Virus record (IMG/VR): IMGVR_UViG_3300049929_000026
Span: 1 to 64,000 of that record
DNA from: a virus
Direction: 5' to 3' (one strand)
DNA: 64,000 nucleotides
The notes beneath the pieces are model-generated. The model was not told the origin of the DNA. It was given only the letters and a program-made list of their open reading frames with translations, and ran no database searches. This document shows, one piece after another, positions 45,586 to 56,094 of the stretch (the first letter of the stretch is position 1; every line of letters begins with the position of its first letter). The position numbers were made by a program, and so were the translations under genes.

Positions 45586-46029
45586 TCAGACCGTCTTTCC
45601 TGCGGCTTGTGCCGCTTCTGCTGCTGTGGAGATGGGCAGCAAAAGCGCTGCGCCGATGACGCCGTGCGAGACGGCGTGGAGAGTGATTGGTGCGTCTTTG
45701 CCGGCTTCGAATGCGGCAGAGAACGCAGCGGCGATCGCGTCGAAGTCGGCGCTATCGCTCAGCGCGAGATGCTCGCAGGCCAGTACATGACCGGGCTGCG
45801 CCTCGCCCTTCGCGCCAGCGATAAAACACTCATGCAGCGATTTGATCAGAAACGCGCGCGCGTCCTCGACTGCAATGTCGTTGCCGAGCATCGACGGATC
45901 GTCGCCGCTCCAGCCGAGTTTCGAGGCCAGCTCCACGCCAGCAGCAAAGAAGTCTTCTTGCTTTCCCGCGCTCTGCACGTGGCCGTGAGGGCTCGCCCCC
46001 GGTGGTTTCTTTTTCAGTACAACGGGCAT
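45586..46029 (-). CDS. hypothetical protein
   Basis: GAAGGA RBS. Confidence 0.6.
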   Translation of the reverse strand: MPVVLKKKPPGASPHGHVQSAGKQEDFFAAGVELASKLGWSGDDPSMLGNDIAVEDARAFLIKSLHECFIAGAKGEAQPGHVLACEHLALSDSADFDAIAAAFSAAFEAGKDAPITLHAVSHGVIGAALLLPISTAAEAAQAAGKTV

Positions 46030-46521
46030 ACGTGTCCTTCTGCGGAGCGAAGTCCGCGGTTATCTGTGGCGGCCGAGCAGAGCTCGGCCTCTGCAGACCG
46101 AAGTCCGCGGTTGTCTTTCGCAGCGCGTTGGCTGCGGTCGGTCTTGTGATATTGCTCGCTGCTCAGCGAGGCGAGTAGCGACTACTGTTCTTCTTTAGCG
46201 ACTTGCCGAGCCTGCAGAATTGGCCGCATCAGCCGCGACAGCTGCGTAGCGAGACCGGGGAGGTCTTTCCCTTGCAGCGTCGCGATGGGCTTGAACACTG
46301 CCCACGTGACGTCGTCGAACGTCACTGCGGCGCCCTCAGCTGCCCCATCGAGCGTGGCGGAGATGAGCGGGGGGGGGGGCGGGAAACCTGGCCGCGCGAA
46401 ATGGGCCCCCAATTCGCGCGGCTTGACACTCGGCCCCGCCTCCCCGTAGCTTTACAAGTGCACCCCGCGTCAGCGCTAACTGACCGAGGTGCGTGGCCAA
46501 ACCTGTTTGAGAGGTTCGACG

Positions 46522-46818
46522 ATGAACAATAATCAGGAGTGCAGGGAAACGTCTATTGAGAATACGGCGCTGCGTCGCGGTTGCAGCTGGCTCGCGGTGG
46601 TCGTTCTATTCGGCTGCTCTGCCGCGCCTCCGCCATCGCCGCTCTGTCCTACGGCACAGGCGCCCGCGATGCCCATCGCGAAGGCGATCGTCGCCGACTC
46701 GTGGCCTAGGTCCAGTGCGCCCGCATGGGAAGACCCGTGGACCGTCGTCCGCACGCCGCAGAGCGACACCTATTCGGTTCCGCCGCGCAAACCAATCAAA
46801 CACAGTTCGCTCTACTGA
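46522..46818 (+). CDS. putative lipoprotein moron
   Basis: TTGACA-17 nt-TAGCTT promoter, shared leader, LAVVVLFG|C lipobox. Confidence 0.55.
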   Translation: MNNNQECRETSIENTALRRGCSWLAVVVLFGCSAAPPPSPLCPTAQAPAMPIAKAIVADSWPRSSAPAWEDPWTVVRTPQSDTYSVPPRKPIKHSSLY

Positions 46819-46938
46819 GGGAATAGACGATGTCCAATTTACACGAACCGCCGAAGTTGATCCGCTCCGCCTTCAATGCGCTTTGGCGATTGCTGAAGCC
46901 GAGTACGTTGTGGAAGTACCCAGCGCCTGAGTCCTCCT

Positions 46939-49900
46939 CTAAACCAGCGTGCCCGACCGGACCTGATGCCAAGTCGTAGCAGCCTGATTCACGACAAGTT
47001 CCACCCAGGTCTTAGATGACGCGGGCAGCACAAGGGTCCCGCCGTCAACGCCGGTGAACGTCCAGGTGAACGCGACGCTGTTCGGGTTCTCGAGTCGCAG
47101 GCCGTCGCCCGCCATGGCGTTCGTGAGCGCGATTGTGATCGCTCGGTTCGCGGTCGCCGCCGCAAGCTTTCGCACGCTGCCTTGGCTGATGTCGATCGTC
47201 GCGTCCGCGTTGGCCAGCGCGATCGGCTCTGCTCCCCAATTGGGAACGGCGCGCAGCCCAGGGTCAACGCCGAGCACGAGCTGCCAGAGACACGACCCGT
47301 CCGTCGCAAACTCGCCCGGCTGTGTGACGCCGACCGGGCCGCCGCTCGCAGCGCTTGTGCCGCTTGGCAACACCATCATCCAATATTGGCCGTTTGCCGT
47401 GACCAGCGCGCCGCGCGCGTAAACATGGCTCCCGGTCCAGGCGCTGAACGCACCAGAGCCACCGATGACGCCTTGCTGTGCCGCGACGATCGCAAGTCGC
47501 CGCGCGTCGTTACCCACCCAAGGCATGTAGTCCCCGGGCTGAAAAAGGCCGGCACTCGGAATTGCGGAGACCGCCTTGAGCACTGACTCAAGGCCAACGC
47601 CGCCGAAAGATGCGCCAGTCAATATCCCGTTTGAGAACAACCGCGTTGCACCTCGGATCCCGAAGTGCTGCGCGTACTCTAAATCAACCGAGCCGCTGAG
47701 CACGCGAGTAGCAACGCGACCCATAGTCTGGATGCCGGGACTCGCCTGGCTGCGCTGCTCCTCGAGCACGGTGCCTGTGGCGACCGTGCCGCCGTCGATG
47801 TACCCGCCCCAAGTATCACTCTTTACACCGTTAGTGCTTGTGTATGCGGCAGTTGGCTGCGCGTAGCATTGCCACGTGACCGTGTTGTCTGTGTTGGTTT
47901 TTCCTGGGACGGTGGTCCACTTTGGCTCAGTCCCTCCGGACGTTCCGGCCGACGCCTGATACGCCATGCCGTTCGGCACGGTCGGACAAACCAGCGCGCC
48001 TGCAGCGTAAACGGTCGACGCTGCCCAGATCGCCACCGTGATATGTGCGTCAACATCCCGCACGTAGCCCGGCGAATCGTAGGGCGTCGAGAGCCCGAAG
48101 TTGTAGCGTTTGGCGTTCGATCCCGCACGCAGCAGGCCGCCAAGGTTGCCGCCGACAATGTATCCCGGAGCATTCCAGTCCGTGTCACTCGGCGCAGTGC
48201 CGCCGCCTTCCATGTAACACTCGCGCAAAACAGAGCTGCTCTGCACTGAGTTTGATTTTTGATTTTGATAGCGCTTATACCCGGCGCAGTCCATGTGTTC
48301 GAGGGCTACGCCGTAGAACGAGTTGTCCTGCACGAGGCAGCCGCCCGCTCCGGGGAATCCGCCTTCGCTCTGGCAGTTACTCAGCTTGCAGAGGTTCGCG
48401 TCCGCGCCGACGAAAACGAAGTCGTGCCCGAAGTTCAGGCTAGTTTCCCAGTGGCTCCCTTTCGACGAATCACAGTTGCCGCCCGTGTTGGTCGAATTTC
48501 CGTCGAAGTACACACCGCTGCCGCGGAAGCCCTTGGCTTGGCAATGCTCGGACGTGCCTTGCTGCGTGATCACGATGCCCGCGCCATCGACGAAGTCTTG
48601 ATCGGCGCAAGTCCAGGTGTTGCCGTTGTCCGCGGTCGTGCCGCCATTCGCGCGGCCCCACGTTGCAGGCTCCGTCGCGCCCGTGGTGCCGCCGCTCCAC
48701 CTGTACACCTTACCCGTGATCTTCGCGGCACTCGGAACAACCCAGGTACCCGCCGGATATGCCGCATTTGCGGTCCAGACTCCAGCAAGCAGCACGTTGT
48801 ACCGCAGCCGCAGGTCGTTCACCGTGTAGTGTCGGTTCGCTGGGATCGTTGATCCGTTCGACTGGAACGATACGCCTTCGAGATGGTAATTGGCGCTCGC
48901 TGGGCCGGCGATGCCAGCGGTCCACGTGATTGCGCCGTCGGTGGTCGTGTGCCCCGAAACTGTGTCCCATGCGGGATCGCCACCGGTTCCTGTCGCGCCC
49001 CACGCTGCGCCGCCTGAGATGGCGGTGGCCTTGAAAGAAACGCTTGCGGCGCTGCGCACCGACTCGAGCACCACATCACCCACGCGGTAGAGCGTACCGG
49101 GTTGGCGGATCTGCCCCTGGATGTACGAACTGACCGTGAAGCCGCACCCATCACGGAACAGCAACTGACTGCTCGCCCCAGCGGCCGCGCGGTTCGATCC
49201 CACCAAATGCGAGCGATTGCGCATGTGCAGATCGCCTGTCACATAATAGACACCGGTGGCAAGGAGCAGCTGACCGCTGTTGACGCCAAGCGCGAGTTCT
49301 GCGTTTTCGAACGGGAGCTTGTTGCAAATCTCGAACTGCGCAGCAGTCACAGCGTTGACGAGCGCCGGTGAAACCGTGGCGGCCAAACCATTGAGTGCCG
49401 TGATCTGCGTTCGGATACCGTTCTTCGCAGCTGACGCTGGGGCCGTCGCAGGCAACCCTGGTGGGGGAGTCGCTGCCGTCGCAGTGACGAGTTTGAACGA
49501 CATGGGGAATCGCAGATAGCTAGTGGTCTCGAAGACCTCTGGGTTCGCATTGAACCCGCCCGCGTAGTTGTATGCACCAGAACCGTCAAGCTGCACGTAG
49601 ACTAGGTATTTGTACGCGCCAGGCACGGCAGCGGCCCACACCTCGACGCACGTGTCGAAGCGATTGGACGCGGTATTGTTGATCCCGATCGCGGCATTCG
49701 CGTTCGTGATCGTCGTCGCTGAGCTTGCGGCGGTGTACCCGTAAGACCCGGTGAGGGCCACGATTTTGACGCTCACCGTACGGGACCCGGTGACACCCTG
49801 CGCGGCGACAGTCGGAGCAGCTGGCGTGGTCATCCCGTGATCTGCGCCGCCGCCAAGTACAAGAGCCCAGTTTCCGACCACAAAAAGAGACCGCGCTGCG

Positions 49901-50676
49901 AGCGTGAGAGCCGCGCCAGAACCTGTTGCTGTGGTCGAGAAGTAACCGTTCGGGTTGCCGTTATACTCGCGGATATCCACGCGATCATGGTCGACAGTGT
50001 TGCGTCCGTTTGACGGGTCTTGGAGAATCGTCGCGCCCTTGTGCTGCGTGAGCGACTGCGCCGGCAGCGTAGTTCCGAGCGCGTCTTGAAGCAGCGAAGG
50101 CGTCGCCAGCTTGTTCCACGTTTTGGCTCCCGCGAGCGTAACGCCCACGCTCTGGAACCACACAGAGCCGGCGCCAAGCGTGCCGCCGAGCACTGCTTGA
50201 CCGGTCTGCCCCAACGCCGCAGCCACCATCACGTCAGAATTGTAGTAGCTCGGCCGCGTCCACGCTCCGGCGTTCGGCGTCCAGTATCCGTTCTGCGATG
50301 CCGTCGTCTGCGCGGTGCACAGCACATCACCCGTAACCGTATTGCTCGCCACACCATCTACCGTGACGATGCCGGTTAGAACAATGTTCGAGGTGGCGAC
50401 GAGGGCGGGGGCAGGGATGGCGCCGCCGCCAAGGCCGGAAGACACCGACCAGTCACTGTTTGTCAGGCCAGCACCCAGCACGTAAAACGTGCCATCATTG
50501 GCGCGCACGAGCATCCCTTGCTTGCGGGAGCTGACGGGGATGCCGTCGCGCTCGGTCGTATCGACGACCGCGGCGTATCCACCGAGAATAGCCGCAGCTC
50601 GAGCGACTGGCGAAGCATCATTCGGCACGCCCATCGGCGCGATGAGTAGAAAATCTCCGGGCTGCGTGATTGACAT
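46939..50676 (-). CDS. tail fibre/spike protein
   Basis: 1245 aa; repeated W-x(4-5)-Y..G and GT(S/T)GxTEPxW...TD..xTW modules, possible beta-helix segment. Confidence 0.8.
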   Translation of the reverse strand: MSITQPGDFLLIAPMGVPNDASPVARAAAILGGYAAVVDTTERDGIPVSSRKQGMLVRANDGTFYVLGAGLTNSDWSVSSGLGGGAIPAPALVATSNIVLTGIVTVDGVASNTVTGDVLCTAQTTASQNGYWTPNAGAWTRPSYYNSDVMVAAALGQTGQAVLGGTLGAGSVWFQSVGVTLAGAKTWNKLATPSLLQDALGTTLPAQSLTQHKGATILQDPSNGRNTVDHDRVDIREYNGNPNGYFSTTATGSGAALTLAARSLFVVGNWALVLGGGADHGMTTPAAPTVAAQGVTGSRTVSVKIVALTGSYGYTAASSATTITNANAAIGINNTASNRFDTCVEVWAAAVPGAYKYLVYVQLDGSGAYNYAGGFNANPEVFETTSYLRFPMSFKLVTATAATPPPGLPATAPASAAKNGIRTQITALNGLAATVSPALVNAVTAAQFEICNKLPFENAELALGVNSGQLLLATGVYYVTGDLHMRNRSHLVGSNRAAAGASSQLLFRDGCGFTVSSYIQGQIRQPGTLYRVGDVVLESVRSAASVSFKATAISGGAAWGATGTGGDPAWDTVSGHTTTDGAITWTAGIAGPASANYHLEGVSFQSNGSTIPANRHYTVNDLRLRYNVLLAGVWTANAAYPAGTWVVPSAAKITGKVYRWSGGTTGATEPATWGRANGGTTADNGNTWTCADQDFVDGAGIVITQQGTSEHCQAKGFRGSGVYFDGNSTNTGGNCDSSKGSHWETSLNFGHDFVFVGADANLCKLSNCQSEGGFPGAGGCLVQDNSFYGVALEHMDCAGYKRYQNQKSNSVQSSSVLRECYMEGGGTAPSDTDWNAPGYIVGGNLGGLLRAGSNAKRYNFGLSTPYDSPGYVRDVDAHITVAIWAASTVYAAGALVCPTVPNGMAYQASAGTSGGTEPKWTTVPGKTNTDNTVTWQCYAQPTAAYTSTNGVKSDTWGGYIDGGTVATGTVLEEQRSQASPGIQTMGRVATRVLSGSVDLEYAQHFGIRGATRLFSNGILTGASFGGVGLESVLKAVSAIPSAGLFQPGDYMPWVGNDARRLAIVAAQQGVIGGSGAFSAWTGSHVYARGALVTANGQYWMMVLPSGTSAASGGPVGVTQPGEFATDGSCLWQLVLGVDPGLRAVPNWGAEPIALANADATIDISQGSVRKLAAATANRAITIALTNAMAGDGLRLENPNSVAFTWTFTGVDGGTLVLPASSKTWVELVVNQAATTWHQVRSGTLV

Positions 50677-51044
50677 TAGGAAACCGTGACGGTGGTGCTA
50701 CCGAGCCCGGCACTCACCGACTCGTACAACTGGTAGTTCTCAGTGAAGCCGAGCGCATTCGTTACCGAGATCGCGTTGGAACGTAGAATGAATCCTCCAG
50801 CGAACCCACCGTACGTGAAGGTGGCAGCGCCGTACCGCGTCGGGCATGCGAAGTAGATCTTCTCTCCGGCAGCTGCGTTGACCGTGAACGTGATGCCGAG
50901 CGTGCGGCCGAAGGCATAGAACGCGAGAGCTTCAACGAAAGTTTCTGTGTTCGCTGGTGAAGCGCTATTTCCGTAATAGCTGTTCTGTCCCGCTAGCACG
51001 TTAGACCGGGCAGCTGCCAACATGGGCCATGCTCCGCCTGGCAT
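50676..51044 (-). CDS. tail-associated protein
   Basis: TAATG coupling; YFACP..YG...GFAGGF motif. Confidence 0.65.
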   Translation of the reverse strand: MPGGAWPMLAAARSNVLAGQNSYYGNSASPANTETFVEALAFYAFGRTLGITFTVNAAAGEKIYFACPTRYGAATFTYGGFAGGFILRSNAISVTNALGFTENYQLYESVSAGLGSTTVTVS

Positions 51045-52670
51045 TCAAACCACCAACACCGCGTTGCAGACCTGGAAATTACTACCATCCCATTGAAACG
51101 AGTAGGTACGCTTGCAGCCTGGCGAGGCTGGCTTGGTGATCATATCTCCCGGCGAACCACCACCATTATGCATCGTATACGTGAACGCGCTTACGTCGAA
51201 GACCTCGACGAACACCACGTCGAACGGCCGCAATCCCGATCCAGCAACCATTGTCAGCACGGCGTTCGCTGTCTGCGTCGCCGCGGGCAGCGTGAACTTC
51301 ATCCCGGTGATGCCAGGGGCGATCGTTTGGTTCCCACCGGTGAGCAGCGATGGGCCAGGGATGACGTTGAAGGCGTCTACGCCGTTCGTGCCATTGGTTC
51401 CGTTCGTGCCGTTGGTGCCAGTCGCGATCTCGAAGTCGAGCGCGGTCGTATTGACGACGATCGCCCCCTCGGTCTTTAGCAGCGCGAGAGCTCCACCATT
51501 GGCTGTGCCCGCGACGATTGCTACGAACATCCCGGAGAAGAGGATATTTCCGGTGCGCGTCAGAACGAATGGCGTCGCGCCGCTGCCGATCGCAGTGACA
51601 ACGTACAAGCCATTGTTTGCACCAGTGGCCTCGTTTTTTACGAGGGTGATGTCGCTGAGCACTGCCGCGGTGCCATCCACGGTCAGTGCGCCATTGGCCG
51701 ATGCCGTGAGCACGCTGCCGGAACGAGTGTTCGTTGGCAGCGGCGCCGCGGTCGCGAGACGAGCCACCGGCGCCGAGCCAGCCATGGCGTCTGCGTAGCC
51801 CTTGGTGCAAGCGTCTGCGGCCGCGGTGGGCGTGGCCAGGTTCGTGAGCTTGTGACTGCCCATCGACTGATCACCCGTGAATGGGTTCGTGCCAGCCGGG
51901 ATGATCTGAGCGTCAACGTAGCCCTTCGTTGCCGCATCCGAGCTCACGGTCGGAACCGAGACGCTAGTGAGCTTGTGGGACCCCATCGATTGGTCCGCCG
52001 TGAAGGGTACCGTGCCGTTGGCTAGAACAGCGCCGCCCGGCGCCGCCACGATCGCGTCGACATAGGCCTTCGTTACGGCATCCGTGCTCGCCGTTGGCGT
52101 CGCTAGACTCGTGATCTTGTTACCGCCCGCCGACAAATTGCCGGTGAGCGCACGCGAGCCATCCGTGCGCAGATACTGCGGATGATCATCGGCGCTGAGT
52201 CCAGTCAGATTCGCGTGAACGGTTACTCCGCCACTGCCGGAGCCGGTCAGCGCCTTATTGAGTGGGACGGTCCAACCAAAGTTAGCATCGCGCTCGAGCT
52301 CTTCGCCCACAGCAAAAGGCACGATGCCCACCGAATTGGCAACGCCGACGAGCGCGGTCTTGGTCAGCGACGGATCGACCTGGCCAGCGGAATCCCGCCC
52401 GCCATTGATCACGCAGTTGATGATCATAGACACGCCGCGACCCGTGCCGGGATCCGCGACCATCGTAGCCGTAGCCGTGGCGCCCAATGGAGATCCGCCG
52501 AGCGTGATTGCTGGCGCGACGGTCGTCGGCGCATCGGTGCCCGCGAACGACCACGCGATCGTGTTCACGCCCGAGGTGCTGGTGAGCGCGAAAGTGAGCG
52601 CCGCGCCATAGGCCACCGCCTTCTCAGGCGGAGAGGCTGAGCCATTGATCGTAAAGTTGAGTGAAGGCAT
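51045..52670 (-). CDS. tail fibre protein
   Basis: Three MGxxKxTxxxxPT..xDAxTKxYVD-like repeats, DDHPQY, GTNGTNG collagen-like run. Confidence 0.82.
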   Translation of the reverse strand: MPSLNFTINGSASPPEKAVAYGAALTFALTSTSGVNTIAWSFAGTDAPTTVAPAITLGGSPLGATATATMVADPGTGRGVSMIINCVINGGRDSAGQVDPSLTKTALVGVANSVGIVPFAVGEELERDANFGWTVPLNKALTGSGSGGVTVHANLTGLSADDHPQYLRTDGSRALTGNLSAGGNKITSLATPTASTDAVTKAYVDAIVAAPGGAVLANGTVPFTADQSMGSHKLTSVSVPTVSSDAATKGYVDAQIIPAGTNPFTGDQSMGSHKLTNLATPTAAADACTKGYADAMAGSAPVARLATAAPLPTNTRSGSVLTASANGALTVDGTAAVLSDITLVKNEATGANNGLYVVTAIGSGATPFVLTRTGNILFSGMFVAIVAGTANGGALALLKTEGAIVVNTTALDFEIATGTNGTNGTNGTNGVDAFNVIPGPSLLTGGNQTIAPGITGMKFTLPAATQTANAVLTMVAGSGLRPFDVVFVEVFDVSAFTYTMHNGGGSPGDMITKPASPGCKRTYSFQWDGSNFQVCNAVLVV

Positions 52671-53774
52671 TTAAACTTCTTCGAATCCGGCGCCGTGCAC
52701 AAGCAGCGTCTTGGCTGAGTTATCGGTCACGGGCGCGGGCGGGCTGATGGCCGCGAGCTGCGCGAGGAAGAGCGCATGAACAGTCAGGAGCGTCGGCACC
52801 GGGTTGAGTGCATGCACGGTGTCAGGCGCCAGATGCGCGCTAGAGATGCGGTGTGATTCGAAGCAGCGCTGCGCGTCGGCTAAGCCGCGAACGTGCTCGG
52901 AGATCGTCCCGGTGCTGGCGAAGAGAGGTAGACTCGCCCAGTCGACAACCTCGGTGCCACTGATTTGATGCCACCCGCTTGAGCCGGTACCGGTCGGCAT
53001 TGTCGCTGAATCGTTTCGGACATGCGCGCTTAGCGCTTTCAGAATTTGCGCGATCGATTGCCTTAGCGCGTCTGGTGTGGACGGGCTCCGATACGCCGAT
53101 GAGATCCGATTGGACCCATCATCGGCCGTGTCGTGAAACGAAGCGTCGGCAATGTGCGCGTTAAAATCGATGATAATGTCCGTAACCAATGCTCCGAGAT
53201 CGCCGAGTGCGATAGCAGCGGTCGATCCCGTTAATCCCGCTATAGCCGTCAGCAGCGCAGAGTTTTCTGCAGCCGTCGTTGCCTTGTCCGTCTTTGGCTT
53301 CTGGACCGCGGGAGTTGCCAGGCCCTGAACAGCAAGCGATGTTGACTGGATCACCGTGTTGGCGACGTAGATAACGAGTTCGGCGACGTCAGAGCCGGCG
53401 CCGAGCGTGGCCTTGAGCTTGCTCGCGACATAGAAGGTGAGCGGCGTTTCACCGAGCGACGTTTCGGCCGGTGCTGAGTTGGGCGCATTTTGATATCCGC
53501 CGCCATAGGGCGCCGCGCCCTTGATGAACTCAGCCGCCGCGAACTGGTAGGCACCAGAGGCATCGAACGTATATTCGACAGATCGCGCCGAGTCGGTATC
53601 GAAAGCATGGATTCGCGAAGCGTTGTTTTCGTCGAGTTTCCCACGCAGCTTCGAGCCTGCCGGCGCCGCAGTGCACCAGACGCGCACGAAGTTGCCAGCG
53701 CTCGCAGTGAACGTAAGACGCACGGGTTTATTCGCGACCGCGACAGCGATCGACGATGCGAGAGAGACGGTCAT
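52671..53774 (-). CDS. putative tail structural protein
   Basis: Long ORF in the tail operon. Confidence 0.65.
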   Translation of the reverse strand: MTVSLASSIAVAVANKPVRLTFTASAGNFVRVWCTAAPAGSKLRGKLDENNASRIHAFDTDSARSVEYTFDASGAYQFAAAEFIKGAAPYGGGYQNAPNSAPAETSLGETPLTFYVASKLKATLGAGSDVAELVIYVANTVIQSTSLAVQGLATPAVQKPKTDKATTAAENSALLTAIAGLTGSTAAIALGDLGALVTDIIIDFNAHIADASFHDTADDGSNRISSAYRSPSTPDALRQSIAQILKALSAHVRNDSATMPTGTGSSGWHQISGTEVVDWASLPLFASTGTISEHVRGLADAQRCFESHRISSAHLAPDTVHALNPVPTLLTVHALFLAQLAAISPPAPVTDNSAKTLLVHGAGFEEV

Positions 53775-53778
53775 TAGC

Positions 53779-54624
53779 CTAAGCGCGAATAATGAGCGAC
53801 TGCGCCCATTTCCCGCTGATGCGGAGGAACAACATGGCCACGATGCTAACGCCAGACGTAGTCCCGCCGATCCCATAGGGGCCGACGCTGGCGCCACTAA
53901 TACCGTAGGGGCTCGCGGGGCTCGGCAATGTCACCTGCATGATGTTCGGTCCGTAATTGATGAACCACATCGCGCGGGTTTCGAAGGCGGTCAGGCCCGT
54001 GTCATCAATGGTGTAATTCCGAGGCGCGGTGTTCGCGTTGCCGATCACGTAGTCGTACAGCGTGGCCCGATAAGGATGGCTGCCGGCCGTGTCGTTGCCG
54101 ATAGCGACTCGCGTTGAAAAGCCGCCACCGGCACTCGCAGATCCTGTCGCGGCAAATGGCCCGAGTACCGAGACGCCGTAACTGCCACCAACCTGGAGCC
54201 CGGCGTTTGCCGCAAGGAAACCGCCGACGGTCGCGGCGCCGATTAGAGTTAGCGCGCCGCCGACACCAAGAGCGCCGCCGATGCTGGCGGCATTGACGAT
54301 ATTGACGCTGTTCGCGTTGACGGTGTCTCCCTGAATCACGAAACTTGCGACCAATGAGGTCACTGAAGCCGTTCCAGCAGCGGATACATTGCCAGTGAAG
54401 GCAGCGGCTCCTCCGCTTGCGGAGCTCGTGAGCGTCAATCCGTTCAGCCCGATTGTCTTGCCTGCAGCGGTCTGCACGCCGAGATTATCACTCAGTGTAT
54501 AGCTGCCACCGTCGCGCCCGTTCATGGCGAACGGGAAGTCCGTGTTGAGTTGATTCATCTGAGCGCTGGTGAGAATTTCACCGAATGCCCAGCCGCCGGC
54601 CCGGAGCGGGCTGAAAGCCGCCAT
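53779..54624 (-). CDS. putative tail fibre protein
   Basis: WAFGEILTSAQMNQLN N-terminus, Gly-rich beta repeats. Confidence 0.65.
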   Translation of the reverse strand: MAAFSPLRAGGWAFGEILTSAQMNQLNTDFPFAMNGRDGGSYTLSDNLGVQTAAGKTIGLNGLTLTSSASGGAAAFTGNVSAAGTASVTSLVASFVIQGDTVNANSVNIVNAASIGGALGVGGALTLIGAATVGGFLAANAGLQVGGSYGVSVLGPFAATGSASAGGGFSTRVAIGNDTAGSHPYRATLYDYVIGNANTAPRNYTIDDTGLTAFETRAMWFINYGPNIMQVTLPSPASPYGISGASVGPYGIGGTTSGVSIVAMLFLRISGKWAQSLIIRA

Positions 54625-54905
54625 TAGTAAGACCCTCGGACTAACGCGCGGTCGTCACTCGACCGCAGCACAGGCTTTGCGCGGCCGTCGGCGAAACGCT
54701 GAATCTTGAGCACCCCCGCCTCCTCGATGGCAAGGCGCTCGCTCAGCAAATATTCGACGCCTTGATCCACGTAGTCCTCGGGGAGATTCTGATCGAACGA
54801 CGAACGGAGAAACTGATCAATGGCTGCGCGCGGCAAGTCCTGCCTCGACAATGCCAGCACGTTGAACACGCTAAGCCCCTTGGTGCTGGAATAGACTTCG
54901 CTCAT
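54624..54905 (-). CDS. hypothetical protein
   Basis: TAATG coupling. Confidence 0.55.
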   Translation of the reverse strand: MSEVYSSTKGLSVFNVLALSRQDLPRAAIDQFLRSSFDQNLPEDYVDQGVEYLLSERLAIEEAGVLKIQRFADGRAKPVLRSSDDRALVRGSY

Positions 54906-54918
54906 GGTGGTTCCGAAT

Positions 54919-56094
54919 TCAGAGCGCATCGAAATCTAGCTGTGAAATGTCGAGCAAGAAGCGGCCCGCGCTGGTGGCCCAATTGAACGTCATCTTGGCG
55001 GGCAGCATGCGATCGAGTTGCTGGAACATGGCGACATTGGCCTGGTAGAGAAACTCGCTGAGCTGCGTGGGCGGCGGCTTCACGAGCAACACCGTCAGGT
55101 GCGCGCGTTCGCTCGACCAACAGCCACCCCCTAGATCCATCGCTGCCGGGCCTGGGTTGATTCCAGGCCAGAATGTGAGACTCGGAGGGCGCTCCAGATC
55201 GGAACCGATCTGGAGCGCGATGGCTGTGTAACGAGCGCCGAGTAGCTCAGCGAGCGCCGCGTCGACGTTCGCCTGTGTGGGCCCGAGCGCGCCCTTGTAC
55301 TTGGCGGCGCAGCGTTGGCGAATCTGCCAGCGCTGATCTGACTCTCGGTACGGCACAGCGAGCGCTTGCACCCACAGTCCGAGGCAGTCGTCAGCCGTGG
55401 AAGGGATGGCGTTGCAGCGGGCCCGCTCGGCCGCCCGCGTCTTGCCCGCCTCGAAACGGGCCAGTGTGAGCTTCTTCGCGTGAACAATGCCGCTCTGCTG
55501 GCTCGAGAAACCTGAGCCCAGCATCGCTGTATATTCCTGATACCAGAGCCAAGCGTAAGGCTCGGTCTCGGTGCTGCAGTCGACCTTGTCGGTGGCGCCG
55601 TCGTAGTCGCCAATCCGAGCCTCGGGCAGCCACTCACCGAACACGCGCAGGGAGACGGTCTCGTTCGATAGTGCCCAGGAGCTGCCGTTCCACTTGCGCG
55701 TTTCGATCTGTATGACGGTGGCGCTGATCTGAGTGAACGAGGCGACGACGGGATTGGCGTTCCAATGCCCGGAGGCGTTCGCCGTTCGAATCACCCAGGG
55801 GAATGCGACGGCGAGACCATTGCGAAATAGCTCCGAGGCGTATGTCGCGTTCCAGGTGAGTTTCACCAGGCCAGTGGAGACAACCTGCACGGCTGGGGCG
55901 AAGACGCCGCCTGAGCCGTTTCGTCCGTGGTAGCTAGTGACGGCGCCGCCAGTGACCGTCAGGCTAGCGAGCGGCGCCGTGCGCGACACCGCCGTCATAT
56001 CGGCTGCAACTCGAGCGTGCTGACTTGCTGTCCAACCGAGCTGCGCGCTGCTACCCAGACGCAGGGGCAGCAAACCGCCGAAGCCGCCAAACAC
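54919..56094 (-). CDS. baseplate-associated protein
   Basis: Position after baseplate J; L..W...L.V......RQR motif and LDRMLPA C-terminus. Confidence 0.6.
   Translation of the reverse strand: MFGGFGGLLPLRLGSSAQLGWTASQHARVAADMTAVSRTAPLASLTVTGGAVTSYHGRNGSGGVFAPAVQVVSTGLVKLTWNATYASELFRNGLAVAFPWVIRTANASGHWNANPVVASFTQISATVIQIETRKWNGSSWALSNETVSLRVFGEWLPEARIGDYDGATDKVDCSTETEPYAWLWYQEYTAMLGSGFSSQQSGIVHAKKLTLARFEAGKTRAAERARCNAIPSTADDCLGLWVQALAVPYRESDQRWQIRQRCAAKYKGALGPTQANVDAALAELLGARYTAIALQIGSDLERPPSLTFWPGINPGPAAMDLGGGCWSSERAHLTVLLVKPPPTQLSEFLYQANVAMFQQLDRMLPAKMTFNWATSAGRFLLDISQLDFDAL

Noticed and set aside
46014-46184. Stop-codon readthrough extension of ORF 46182-46412
   Set aside because: The open frame after TAG is explained by GC-rich hairpin repeats; no other support
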